Numbered from the stretch's first letter, positions 9,889 to 22,974 are shown. The stretch: DNA of 64,000 nt from Octopus sinensis (GCF_006345805.1 NC_043000.1:37324001-37388000), one strand, 5' to 3'. Program-made: numbers and translations. The notes: a model not told the origin generated them from the letters alone.

Positions 9889-10140
9889 TGCATGTATTAA
9901 TGTGTGTGTGTTTGTGTCTGTGTTTCTCCCCCACTATCATCACTTGACAACCAATGTTGGTGTGTCTACGTCCCCAGAACATAGCAGTTTGGTAGAAGAA
10001 TCGATAGAATAAGCACCGGGCTTACAAAGAATAAGTCCAGGAGTTGATTTTTTTGACTAAAAGGCAGTGCTCCAGCATGGCCACAGTCAAATGACTGAAA
10101 AGAGTAAAAGAGCAAAAAAGTATATAATTCATAAATGATA

Positions 10141-10298
10141 GGAGCAGGCATGGCTGTGTGGTAAGAAATTTGCTTCCCAGGCACATATTTTCAGGTTCAA
10201 TACCACTGCGTTGTACCTTAGGCAAGTGTCTTCTTCTATAGCCCAGCCCCAGGCCAACCAAAGCTTTGTGACTAAGCAAAAACTGAAATAAGCCCACT
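10141..10298 (+). mobile_element. Family A SINE 5' half
   Basis: ggagcaggcatggctgtgtggtaagaa...aggttcaatacc...aactgaaataagccc. Confidence 0.8.
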
Positions 10299-10454
10299 GT
10301 ATACACACACACATACACACACATATATATATATATATTAAATCACAAATTACAGAGAAATAGTATTAGGCATTCTATATGTTCTGTAGAATGATACATT
10401 AAGGAAATTTTTTTAATGAATGCTACTGAATTGATTCCATATGTTGTGACTTAA

Positions 10455-10506
<52 letters not shown>

Positions 10507-12053
10507 CTTGTCCTGAAATTGCGTAAGTGTTGTAAGTAAACATCATTCATTTCCAAAACTCTGTCAGTCCCTTGCAACCATGGAAAAGAATGTTAAAACG
10601 ATGATGGTGATGAAATTAGTATCGTCAAATTCTAACTCACATTTTGAGGTATTAATTGTCATTAAACTAAAAAATTGAAGAAAAAAATCCAAAGAAATTT
10701 TACTTGGTAAGATGCAAAACAGTAGGTGTAAACAGTACAAACAAAAAGCCTTTTGATAGTTCTTTCTAAAATAAGACTAAATCTGTTATCTTGCACAGAA
10801 GTGTGCCTGTTCCCAGCTTTGAATCCCTAAATCACTTTCTAACCTGCAGTTTCATGATTTGGCAACAACTACAGATATATGTAATATAGGACTTTAAAAG
10901 TGAAGATAATAGGATGTAATTTAAGGAATATTTGTCTGTTATTTCTATCAGCAGTTGACTATTCAGAGTATGTTTCATTAACTGCTGTACAGATCTAGTT
11001 TGCTTTAGTTGAAGAGGCTGAGCTAACAGGCCTACAAGCATCACAGAAGACCATGTTATTACATACTATAACACAAACAAATCAGTTTGAGAGAACAAGT
11101 CTCCATGCTATATACAACCCGCTATGAACAAACACAACACTTGCTAATTTAAAGAGTCCTATACAGTGCTTAAGTGAGCAGCTAGTTGTTCTTACATTGT
11201 GTTATTTATATGTAACCAGGTAAATTGGAAGATTCCTGAACTGTCTTCACATCATAGAGTAATGACATGATACTAAACACCAAGCATTCTGAGCAGTTAA
11301 TCTGGTACTCCAATAAACTCAGCTGTTTGCACACTTTATCTGTAAAACAGTATAATGTACATATGGGGGCAAATTAATTTATATTCACATGACATACAAA
11401 AAAAAAACAACAAAATAACAAAATCAAAAGCAGTGACAAAGTTAATATATTAAATGTCAAAGAAAAAGGAATGAAGGATAAGTCAACGTTTCAGACAGTG
11501 GTCCATTGTCATGACAGATGAGAAAATACACAAGATGTTTATTCAAAGATGTAATAAGTTTGGTTGGCTGTCAGAAAGTTGTGCAGTAAATAAGTTGTTT
11601 GTTTAGCAAAGAAAAACTGAACATGGGTAGGGATATAAGGTGTGCAGATGTTAAGAAGACAAAAATGAAGAATATGCAAGACAGGTTTGAGTGTATATAA
11701 AGTAGGCAGGGGACAATATGAATTATGCATGGACTGTGTGTGTGTGTGTGTAAGCATAGGAACAGGTGTGGTGAATATAGTGTGTTGCTGAATGAGTAAA
11801 GAACATGTGTATATGTGTATGCAGTATGTGAGTACAGAGTAGAAAAGGAGTGGTAAAGAGTATTGTGTTGTGAAACAAAGGAGAGCTAAATTGTGGTGTA
11901 TATCAGCAAGGATAGCTGCATTTAGGCAGAAGAGCAATTGCTATTCATGACAAAGCCAGGCAAACAGGAGTACTATAGTTTCCAAAACAGTTGGGTACAT
12001 GAGCAAGTGACTCAGATAAATAAAGTAGTACGTATGGCTAGATAATTTTAGAG

Positions 12054-12104
<51 letters not shown>

Positions 12105-12106
<2 letters not shown>

Positions 12107-12251
12107 AAATGGGACAAGAACGCAAAACAACAAAACATCCAGATAGACGATGCAAAGAAAACAAGGAAAGGTCATTCGGAGTTTTCTTTCTTCAGTTGAG
12201 TTCCAGATTATCTTTGCAATTTCGGCTGGTTATACATGAGATTGCTCCAAT
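12105..12251. mobile_element. (TA)n-associated short repeat, same family as the 38667-38956 fold-back
   Basis: Shares gagttccagattatctttgcaatttcggctg and flanking motifs with 38667-38789. Confidence 0.7.
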
Positions 12252-12468
12252 ATATATGATTAGAGGCTGTGTTAACCTCATGAAGGGATGTACTTCCTCA
12301 TCCAAGGAAATACTGGTTCAATACGTAGTATTTTGGGGGAATTAATTTTCTTAAAATAATAGGTATATGTATAAAAACATATAATTTATATTCATATAAA
12401 AGAAGAAAAAGAAAATGGAGATTAGGAAGTTAATAAATTGTTTATTATTAACAGCAAATTAATCATCA

Positions 12469-12557
12469 TCCCTTACAGCTGCTTCAATTAATACTCAGTA
12501 AATAGTAAGTAAATATTAAATCTATATTTATATGATCTGTGCATATCTTCAGAGGGA
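12469..12557 (-). ncRNA. Mirror hammerhead motif with A15.1>G substitution
   Basis: Minus strand reads uc-ccu CUGAAGA ... GAAG-CAGCU-GUA AGGGA. Stem I perfect (5 bp); core GAAA mutated to GAAG. Confidence 0.55.
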
Positions 12558-12648
12558 AAAAATATACACTTAGATGTTTTATATGTGTTTCTGGATTTGT
12601 CTGCTATAATGAATCCATAAACACATAAATACCCAAGGGTATAATTTT

Positions 12649-12740
12649 TCCTTCTGAAGATATTATGCTGAGGTCATATAAATATAGATTTAATATTTAC
12701 TTAATATTTACTTAGTATTAATTGAAACAGCTGTAAGGGA
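12649..12740 (+). ncRNA. Type I hammerhead motif with long stem II
   Basis: tcctt CUGAAGA (12654-12660), stem II att-atgctgag / cttagtat-t-aat, GAAA (12724-12727), palindromic stem III ACAGCUGU, A17 (GUA), then aggga. Confidence 0.65.
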
Positions 12741-12844
12741 TGAGGGTTAATTTACTGTTAGTGATGAACAATTATTAACTTTCCAATCTCTATTTTCTTT
12801 TTCTTCTATATATTTCTATCATGGATCTGTACATTATATCATTA

Positions 12845-13000
12845 TCATCATCATCGTTTAACATTTGTTTTCCATGCTGGCAGGGGTTGGGCAGTTTGAC
12901 TGAGGTTGCACCAGGTTCCAGTCTGATCGAGCAATGTTTCTACAGCTGGATGCCCTTCCTAATGCCAACCACTCCAAGAGTGTAGTAGGTGCTATATATT
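12845..13000 (-). mobile_element. RTE 3'-end fragment
   Basis: catcatcatcgtttaacat...ttttccatgctggc...ctacagctggatgcccttcctaatgccaaccactcc. Confidence 0.8.
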
Positions 13001-13377
13001 GACATACTTTGAGAAACTGAGCTAGGTTGTGATAAATCATGCAAGCAGAAGTGATCTCACCAGCAATATCCATAATATATGATGTTCTATTACAAGTCAA
13101 AATGTTTCCATAGATTTAACTAGCAAAAAGTAGCATGTGACGGCTATTGTATTTGTTAAGTCCAGCTTGATATACACAATGGTTGCAGTGCAACAAGCAG
13201 TCATATTCTGATAAGTGGGAGAGAGTCACAGACATATCAAAAGATGAGCATGGGTACTGGGTTGGAGAAGATGTAAATAGATAAGAAACAGGCAAATTGG
13301 GGGAAATTACCAAACAACTAAATATACAGAAATGCTGTGTAAGCTACATTCAATAGAAATGGCAGGCTGTAATGAAG

Positions 13378-13728
13378 CAGTATTTTCATACACTTCAGCA
13401 ATGACACTGCACATTTGTCTCATTGAAGGTAGTCATATAACAATATTTTCATCAGTTCGGCAATAGCACTGCACATTTGTCTAGTTGACTGCAGTCATGT
13501 AGCAATATTTTCATGCAATGACACTGCACATTTGTCCAGCTGACAGCAGTCATGTAGCAATATTTTCATACACTTTAGCAATGACATAGCACAGCTGTCT
13601 AGTTGACAGCTGTTATGTAGCAATATTTTCATCACTTTGGCAATAATACTCCACATTTGTCTAGTTGACTGCAGTCATGTAGCAATATGTTCATACACTT
13701 TGGCAATGACAAAGCACGTTTGCTAGTG
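13378..13728. repeat. About 61-bp minisatellite, roughly 5.5-6 diverged copies
   Basis: Unit approximately tattttcatacactttggcaatgacactgcacatttgtctagttgactgcagtcatgtagcaa. Confidence 0.9.
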
Positions 13729-16439
13729 GAAAGTTTTTTAAGTAATTCCATTGTACATTTTGATTTAATAAAGTGTTTCATTTTAATATGTAGGTATCAG
13801 TCCTGATACATAACCATTTTTTTTAGTTCCTTATGTCCTATCACTCCTTCCTCCTCTTCCTCCTCCCTCTCTCATTAATAAAAAAAAACTAACAAAAACA
13901 AGAAAAGGTAATAACACCACAGCAAGTAAGAGAACTTATTTAAATATCAGTAGTCATGGAAAGCTGACAGATATGACAAACGCGGATGTAGAAAATGTTT
14001 TGAAACCTAGTTTGGTTACACAGAATAGCTATTGGGACAGACATCAAATATCTATAACATTGTTATTGCTGATGTTGGCATCAAGGAATACAATATAGGA
14101 TTTCAAGTAAATTGCAACTCTGATAATATATAAAACTGAGATAATTAAAAAAATACAATATTAGCTTAATTTCTGAAAGAAACCATTTCATTTCAAATGA
14201 TATAGCTTTATTGTTTTCTTTTATAATATTTTTTTCTTTATTTTCTGTATTCCCTATATATTCCACTTGGTGAAGCATAATGACCAAATGGGTTTAGAGT
14301 GAAACTCACTTTTGTAAATTCACATCTTAAAAGCACTAGAGATTTTATTGAAAAGAATGTAATAACATCACGGTTACACAGACACTATCATGTTATACTA
14401 AACACATAAACAGCTCTTTAAACATTACGTACACTCTTTTGAAACAGCAAGAGAGCTTCTACATATTTGCTTCACCTGTTAACAGTCACATCTCCCTCAA
14501 ATCATATTGGGAATTATAGTTTCTGATAGAGAAAAAAAAGAACGAGATTGTTGGTTGGGACACCATTCAGCAGAGATCTGTTGAATGTGGGATGAGTGGG
14601 GATAAACAACAATAAGATGCCCACTTTCATTTCCAGTTCTGTTGTACGTAGAAATGAATGTATTTTATGTTGTAGTATTAACACCAATTTCAAAATTTTC
14701 AAACGTAAAGAGCAATTAGGTTGGTTTCTATTTTTTTAGAAAGACACTATGGGGATAGAGGAAATGACAGAATGGTATTTATAACCTGATGACCTTGGCA
14801 AATTCTAAAGTTACCAAAGCACTGAAGAGAATAAAGTGTTGAACTGAGTCTGTGTTGCAGTCAACTTAATCACAAACTAAGATATAGAGGAGAGAAGAGA
14901 TAAATATTGAGCTGGCTGGAAGTTAGCCAGTAAGGTGATTTACAGATGCAAGATAAAAAGCTGCCTTATTCAGTCTTTCTCCTTTACATCTGACTGTTTG
15001 TTCCACTCTGTCTTAAGCTTTATTAACCAACACCATCCACAAATTTCATTTTGTACAAAGATACTTGGAAAAATACTCAACTTTCAAGTCCCTTTACCAT
15101 TTATATACATCATGTTTTTGTCTGCAAGGTGTAACAGCTATTACAAGTGTTTAAGTACTTCAAGCAATTAGCTCATTCTCAACAGTATTTACAGATACAA
15201 TAGCTACTACATGTGTTAGCCATTACCAATACTACAAGCAGCAGTAGCAGCAGTTACTGTTTTGAACATGTTCACTCAATGATAAATTGCTTACAAGTAG
15301 CCATTAGTGATACTACCAGTGGTAGTGTCATGAAAGGGTTAACTAAAATGGCAATTGGAGTTATAGCTAAACACATTTGAGGGTCAGCAACAATAAGTTT
15401 TAACAAAGTAAAATTCTGGTTGTCATCAATTAAAAAAAAAAGAAGTGTGAACAGGTAAAGTGTTCTTCTCTACAATAACTTGAGTAAAATGTGTGATTTT
15501 AAGGCTTTTTACCTAATTATTAATTAACATTTTTTGTTTTGTTAGTATCCTTTTGCAACGGTAAACTGACACTAGTTAACAAGGTGCAGTGTGTTTTTAA
15601 AATATTATAACCCAAAGGTATTCTAATTTATTGTATAACAATACAGCTTGAGTTTTCTTACTCATATTTTCAGTTCTTATTCAGTGCTCCATATTGACTT
15701 TGAGTGACAAGAAGTGGATTCAAGTAATACTCATGTCTTTAGAACATATATCATTATTTGAGTAACAACGTCTAATCTATTTTTATATTCCATTAGTTAA
15801 ATATGTCATCAATAAATCAAACTATTTCTTTCAATATATATATCTCATTCTCTAAGAAGAGAGATAAATAGGGTTGAACTGAGATACTTGAAGTTAATAT
15901 GAAAAGCCCTTAGGTGAGTAGAAACAGCTAGTGGTGATTGTCAGAGATTCAATAGATTGATACAACATATATGTGGGAAGTGAACAATGGATGGTAGAGG
16001 TAAATGTAAAATGTTAATAAATAAAGTAAAATCTTCCTTAGCTTCAAGGAGCTTTTGGAGATTGCAGTTCAGTTCCTGTTTCACGTGTTAAGCAGATATG
16101 AAAATATATTTTTGTCTTGGATGTTTCCACTTTATAATGTTGCCTAATGATTTCTTTACCTATTCTTAACAATTGAGAAGTAGCTTAATGGACAGAGTAA
16201 TCAGGTGAATAGAGATATTTGGTGAAAATATATACGTAGCTGGGTGTATTTAGGGAAACTAAATGATGCGAAGATAGGGATAGCTGTAATTATAGGTAGT
16301 GATGGAAATAGGTAAGTTTCAAGGATTTAGGATAACCAAAGGCCTTAATGTTTATAGTTTTGTTTTATTCCTTAATCTAACAGAGAGGAGCAGTACCCAT
16401 GACATACTGAATTCGTTGTATACTAGACATAGAGATAAC

Positions 16440-17065
16440 TGATGTTTGTGCAGTGTTTTCTTGGAAATATTGCAGTTAGTGTATGCAACATAGAGGGAAA
16501 TTTCCTGAAGAATATCTCATCTCATCTAGGTCATCCCACAGGAAGCCCCTTTCATACGCATTCCAGTTGTGCATACTATATGAGTCACAGGGCACTGATC
16601 CATGTGGTTATGCAGTCTCCATCTAACTAAGAATATTAGGGTCTCGTCCATTGTCTTGTATTGCATGACATCCAGCTAGCTCAAAGCCAGGAATCTGATC
16701 TATTAAGTCCTGCCAATAACTAAATCCACACCCTGCTGCTGATGCTTCTATTTATTGTTGCTAAAGTTTTGTCTGTCTCCCACCTTTTGACCTGTCTGTC
16801 CTGGTAAGACCTACCTGAAGATTTCTCTCCCTCCAGCATAGTTCTTCAGGTCAATGGAGCACACAGGCACTTCACTGTGACAAGATACTTGTTGAATTGG
16901 CTGTTGATTACACAATAGTTCTTCTGCCCTTTGACAGGTCTTGTTTTTCATCCAGCAGGGTGTCCAAAAATCGCCATCCTCACCAAGCAAGCTTGATGGG
17001 GTTGCCAGTTTAGTCGTCGACGACCCGACCATATGACAGGTTGTACTGGGTTACATGATACCAGT
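16440..17065 (-). mobile_element. Decayed 5' end of an RTE-like LINE (5'UTR plus endonuclease N-terminus)
   Basis: Minus strand shows HNWNA (cf. TWNVR) and AI-FQE-T (cf. LQET) APE-like motifs across frameshifts. GC-rich structured 5' terminus at 17005-17061. Confidence 0.5.
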
Positions 17066-17992
17066 ACCGCTCATGAGTATATAATATGAGACCTAAGGTG
17101 CAGTAAAATTTACTGGTAATTGATAAGTGAATGTATAAAGAACAAGTTTGGGAAGGAATAGTATAAAATCAGCAAGTTTAGAAGAGCTGAGATGTTATAG
17201 ATACAAAAAAGACCAGCATTGGAAAGTATGTTTCCCTCTTAGGTAGATGTTTGTCTCTTGGATGCGTGTGCACATGTGTGAATGTGTGTGTGGGGAGGGG
17301 TATCATTAGCTGGTAGGTAAAGAGTGAAGTAATAATGAAGAAATATATTCTAGAAGAAAACATCAAATTAAACAGTAATTAAGGTGTGCTTGACAGTTCA
17401 AGACAGATATAGATAAAGCCTTGGTAATCGTACTCTCACATGGTCATTCTAAGATGGAATTGTATCACAAACTTTATCGCTGTCCCTTAAGTCTTATTGC
17501 ATTAGAAAATTACCTCAATTACTTGAAAGCAATTTTCTGCAGCTGTTACAATGATCAAAAGAGAAAAGAAAATGTGTTTGCTTCAGAGCAATTGTTGTCT
17601 ACAATATTAGGTAGAAACACAGTACCAGCTGTTGCCATGGGAACATGATGATGATAATAATCATAATTTCACTGAACTAGTTTCTACATTACACACAAAA
17701 CTATATTTATTTACGCATATACATACATGACGATAGATGTATATAGATAGGTAGGTAAGTAGTAGATAACTAGACGGATAGAATGGTTGATTGATTGCTG
17801 AAAAGATGAGACAAATATGAATACTGCTACAATATATATACATATCAAAAGGTAATTTTGATATCCAACTTAACATGAATGCCTTGTTGGAACATTATTA
17901 ACCTTGAAGTATCCTCTCATACAGACACTTAAGGCACACAAATAGATCATAGGCACTTAAGGCACACAAATAGATCATAGCAGACAAAAATT

Positions 17993-18203
17993 GTCTGTCA
18001 TGGGCACCAGAATTTCCAGTGAGTTAAATCTTGTTACTACAATATATAGAATATCAGCATCATTTCAAACACTGATGTCAAAAATAACCAGCAGGCCTAT
18101 GGAACATTAATTATTAGCAATGAAAGCAATATTGCTACCAAAAGTTAATCTTCATATCCAACTTAACAAGGATGTCTAGAGAATTCCAGTGCCCATGACA
18201 GAC
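17993..18203. mobile_element. Possible MITE
   Basis: Perfect 15-bp terminal inverted repeat gtctgtcatgggcac / gtgcccatgacagac. No clear TSD. Confidence 0.35.
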
Positions 18204-18271
18204 TACTATGACTTGTCTGCTATGATCTGTGTGTGTTCTTTTAAGCACCAAAGCGTGTATTGTTTTATCAA

Positions 18272-18420
18272 AAGTTCATCAGAAACAATAACTGTTTATA
18301 AGGATTTTAGAGGTATGACCAACCTTTTTTCTTCATCTCCAAGACTGGAGATGAAGAAAAAGAAAAAGGTTGGTCATTCCTCTAAAATCCTTATAAACAA
18401 TTATGATTTCTGATGAACTT
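18272..18420. repeat. Near-perfect hairpin/palindrome of about 150 bp
   Basis: aagttcatcagaaac...ttcttcatctcca-agac-tggagatgaagaa...tttctgatgaactt, loop at 18342-18345. Confidence 0.85.
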
Positions 18421-18720
18421 ATAAACAATTATGAACTTATTTTACTGCCTATTTTGAACACTTTTATGTAAATTATTTAAACGCAAAGCTTCCCTTAACA
18501 TTTTCTCATCATTGTCAAAGACTCTATCACTATTTGTTTAAATACATCTATGCTAATAATCTCTAACACCGCAATGGCTGCACAAAGCTTTGCACTTTGC
18601 TTTTGAAAATCTCTTTTTAAAAAAGTGAAACCAGTCAAGTCAATAAAGATCTTTAAAAGACCTCTGAATTTTCAAATCCTTTTCCCTATATTTGTTCCCT
18701 CATGCAGTACCTTCCACTTT

Positions 18721-18763
<43 letters not shown>

Positions 18764-19899
18764 AATATATATATATGTAAATATATATATATATGTAAAT
18801 ATATATATGCACTTACATACAAATATGTGTGTGTGTGTGTATTCTTTCCAAGTTTTTTATAATCCACACTTGAGACAATTATCCTTCCTCTTTCTCTCAC
18901 AACATCTTCCCACTTAGCAGCATTCATAATTTATTTATCTCCTACATTTTGAAACAATCATACTTATCACTTAAACTTCTTACCAAGCCAGTTTGTCATG
19001 CAAATAAATCTCTTTTTTATATAGCTAAGTTAGGAGGAAGGGCAGTACCTATGACTTTCTCCCTGAGTCTCTCAAACTGGTGGAGGCAAAGGGAAAAAAA
19101 TCCGCATCCTTCAATCTTCAAGTGTTGCTGTAGTAGGTAGCAAGTACATAATGGTATTGAGGACCCCTCAAATTGGACACATGGACCAAATGCTTTAGTC
19201 CAAATGGATTTTGCTAAGTGGTGCTGACAAACTGAGTGACAGATTGAGTTTACTACCTATTTACATATTAATGCATACTTAAAACATTCCTGTCTTGTCA
19301 TTGGTGTTATCTAGATCACTTCCATGTTTCATTAACATAAAAATTCACAGTTCATATACAAATTACAAATTTATTATCAATAAAGATCAAGAACATCTGT
19401 TGTTGCTGATAGTAGTAAGACAGTCCTGACAGAGAAAACTTATAATCAAAAATATTCCAGCTGTGACCATTTCAGTTTTCTGAAAACACAGGGCTTTTAA
19501 GTGTGACCTTCACCTTTCAAGACAGTAGAGAATTATTTGAAGGAGATTTACCTACTTTGTCTAGCAGGTCAAGGGACATTTCATTATTGGTTTGTCAAGT
19601 TACTATGAAAGTAGAAAATATCTTAAGTTTCTCTACCTCATACTTATCCTAATCACAACTAAAATTAAGGTAGTTAGAAAATATTTAGTATTTCCACAAG
19701 GATATCTATAATGCAATAATCTCTCCTTGGTGCCTGCTGTTATTGCAAGCTTCATTAATACATCTAATACTTCAACAGTTCTGATTTCGTATCTGCCAAT
19801 CAAAACTTGTGTATTATTTAAAAGTTCATTGCTGCAGTGCTGTAGATATAGAAGTTGATGAACATACCACAAATAAAAACACACACATACTTGGGATCT

Positions 19900-20097
19900 T
19901 AGTCTGTATGGCAATCTCATTAGTGCTGGTGGCATGAAAAAGGCACCCAGTACACAATATAAAGTGGTAGGCATTAGAAAGGGCATCCGGCAGTAGAGAC
20001 CATGCCAAAGCAGACATGAAGCATGATACATTCCTTGGACTGGTCAGGCTGTCCTATCTATGCCAGCATGGAACATACACATTAAACGATGATGATT
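19900..20097 (+). mobile_element. RTE 3'-end fragment
   Basis: ggcattagaaagggcatcc...catgcc...cattaaacgatgatgat. Confidence 0.7.
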
Positions 20098-20399
20098 TGG
20101 AGTGTAGAGTTTGTAATGTCTGCATTTGGATCTCTCTCAACTATAAAGTTCAATTAAGTTTCCATATTGCTCACCCTAACATCGTTTATTCACTCCCTGT
20201 CTTATCAATACATATTCCTACAAGCATTATTTCTCTCACAACATGCCACCTGTATAATAAGACATACCTTTGCACTGGATCTGCTGATATTTAATCCCCA
20301 TCTTACACCCATTTTTATTGCTAGCTATCACACTCTTCTATTCCTCCTTTCTCTATCCCTCATTATTGACATCCATCATCTCTTACTACCATTCTGGCA

Positions 20400-20780
20400 C
20401 AGTTCGGCAGGTCCTTTCCTGCACCTCATATAACCAATCACTGCAGTCCTTTGTCATCTTTATGAGGCTCAATATCCTAAGATCAGTCTTTACCACTTCT
20501 TCCCATGTTTTCTTAGACCTTCCTCATCCATAGGCTCCATTCACTTTCAGTGTCCTGCATTTCTTTGTACAGGTATCACCCTCCATATGTGACATATATC
20601 ATCACAGCCTTCCCTCTTGCATGCTACATTTGACCCCTTTAAATTCAGCTCTTCTCTTGACTTGTTTCATACTTTATGAACACTAATATTGCACAGTCAG
20701 TGGAGCATGCTCGTTTCATTTCTTTCTAACCTTTGCAGACATCATAAAGTCTAGAGGAACTTAAGAGTTGTTGAGATGAC
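20400..20780 (-). mobile_element. Decayed RTE RT C-terminal fragment
   Basis: Similar to the reverse complement of 3000-3270 (accacttcttcccatgttttcttagaccttcctc corresponds to RGRPRKTWDEVV). Confidence 0.6.
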
Positions 20781-22974
20781 AACCTCCTTAGTGCTAGTAT
20801 CGTGATAAAATGCATTACATTAACTCAGTGGAGTGGTTGATGTTAGGAAGGGCGTCAACCCATAAAGATCATGCTAAAATGAAAATAAACTAGTGTGGCA
20901 TATTCCCCAAAGTGCATGCCACACTAAACTGTTCTCATTTTGCTAGACAATGGCAAACATGTGCCAGTATGGAAAGAAGATATAAAATGGTGACGATGGT
21001 GATGGTGATGGTTATGATGTATCCTGTTTTGCTCAAAACAGAACAATAATTAAAGTTGGTTGCTATGTCTAGTAGCCAGTGCAACCATACAGAGGCCCTC
21101 TATATGGTTATATATCATTTATATCCTTAACTAGAAATGGATGAAAGATGCTCTATTGTTTTGTATACAAACACATAAACACACACACACACACGCTCTA
21201 TGCAAACATACATATACATATTCTTACAAGCACCTAGTTTCATTCATTCATTTACATCTAGATTACATCCTTCTAACACCCCATCACCAAAATGTCTTCT
21301 TTCTGCAAAGTCTCAAACAATATTTATCTTGACACATCTTTATAAATAATAGCTTTGAAATAATAGGAAGGGAATTCTCTCTATAGAAACTGATTCTACA
21401 AAGAATGTTCCTTGTTTACTCTCTTTCCAAATTTACAACTACTAAATCAAACACCTAACCAGGCACTAAACTCCCACCACCACCGCCACCACCACTACCA
21501 CTACCATCATAACCCCAACCTCAATAATAACATCACATCTTTGTTTCAGATGTTTCCTGAAAATAATTTCATTAAAAAAATGAGCATTAGTGTCAATTTT
21601 ATTAACAAATATTGGCCGAGTTTCAAGTCAATAAAACATCATTTTATCAATGAGGAGCAAGAGAAGAAGGGAAAGGGAGAGAGAGAGAGAAAGAAACAAG
21701 AGAAGAAGAGGATGAAAGAGATAGGGTGGAAGGAAGGCTTAAGTATATATCTTCCATCATTTTATTATATTCCTTTCTGTTTTGATTTTTTTTTTTAATT
21801 CTTCTGCCAAAATCTGTGCCACTCAAATAAACATTGGTTAAACAGCTTTGAGTAGCAACATTTTGTATAAGCTTATGTAAAATGGAAACAAGGTATAGAT
21901 GTTCATAAAGACATATTTACACTGTTTAAGGTCAAGTGTTTATTGTGTATATGAGAATTCTAACAGGGTGTTATTGATTTATGACAAGGAGTATTATTTT
22001 ACTTTATCTCTTTGTTCATTTGCCATGTTAATTTTTTGCTTCCTTTTGTTTAAAAAAGAAATGATAAAGGATAATTTTGGGAGTTTCCTTGGAAGTTCTG
22101 AAGTATGAATTTGAGTATATATTAGCTGTTGAGACATTAGGACTCAGAAATAGATTCTTTAGGGCTATGTAGTGTGTAGGTTTTGCAATTCACTAAGGTT
22201 CTGGACCACTAGATGAAGTGTCAGCATTTATAATGATGTTGTAAGCATTCTTCAGAGGTTATGAAACTCCTATTAATATAGTCCAGATAATTAACTGTAA
22301 ATATAAACCATATGTTGTTGCTTAGTTCCAGCCAGTCCTAGCTGAGCAAACATATGCTCTATCTATAAGTATCTCATCCTTCTATTGGTATTGCATATCT
22401 AGAACTCTACTATTCAAAGTATTTTGGTCATTTTTAAGGCTGTAAAGTGGGACTTGGCAGCAATTTCTATCTGGTCAACCACACAGAAGCTCCCTCACTA
22501 GCAAACAGCAGAAACACTACACAATGGAGATGTATTACATTAACTTGCAGTGCTAAATTCAATTTGGTTTATGTAATTTGGAGCAGAATAAACTCTACAT
22601 ATTATGTCCTCAATGGTACCTCTACATTCTGCTACATTACAGAATTTACCTTCATTACCACTCTTGTCTCTCACTTTAAAATATTTGTTAATAGTATTGA
22701 TAAAGCACAGCATTTATGATATTTAAATGATTCATTATATATATAAAGTTAGGGAACATAGTGTTTACATACATGTCATTTTGATATTACAGGCTACTCT
22801 TCAAAACTAAAATATTTACTATTCATATTTTAGGAAAATCAAAGACATATCTTCAAGATTTTATTAACACTAGTAACCCTGGTCACAATAATAATCATTA
22901 ATCCCAGCTTAACTATAACTGGGCAGACCTATGATCTTCTATTATTTTAGATGTATCTGGGATAATATTATTTA

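Larger units (their letters stand above)
8885..10115 (+). mobile_element. Family A SINE split by nested insertions in its internal (TA)n
   Basis: 5' half 8885-9001 and 3' half about 9895-10115 (ending gtgctccagcatggccacagtcaaatgactgaaa). The same two halves flank a nested SINE at 50643-51418. Confidence 0.75.
12394..12812. mobile_element. Diverged fold-back element carrying two divergent HHR motifs
   Basis: Arms about 12394-12595 and 12612-12812 are diverged reverse complements of each other, centre near 12603. Confidence 0.75.

Noticed and set aside
11476-11522. Possible hammerhead relic (minus strand ...tcatgacaatggaccactgtctgaaacgttga)
   Set aside because: Core CUGANGA not recoverable and stem I absent.
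13378-13728. Regularly spaced repeat as a CRISPR-like array
   Set aside because: Units are contiguous and homologous along their whole length, with no unique spacers, in a eukaryotic context.
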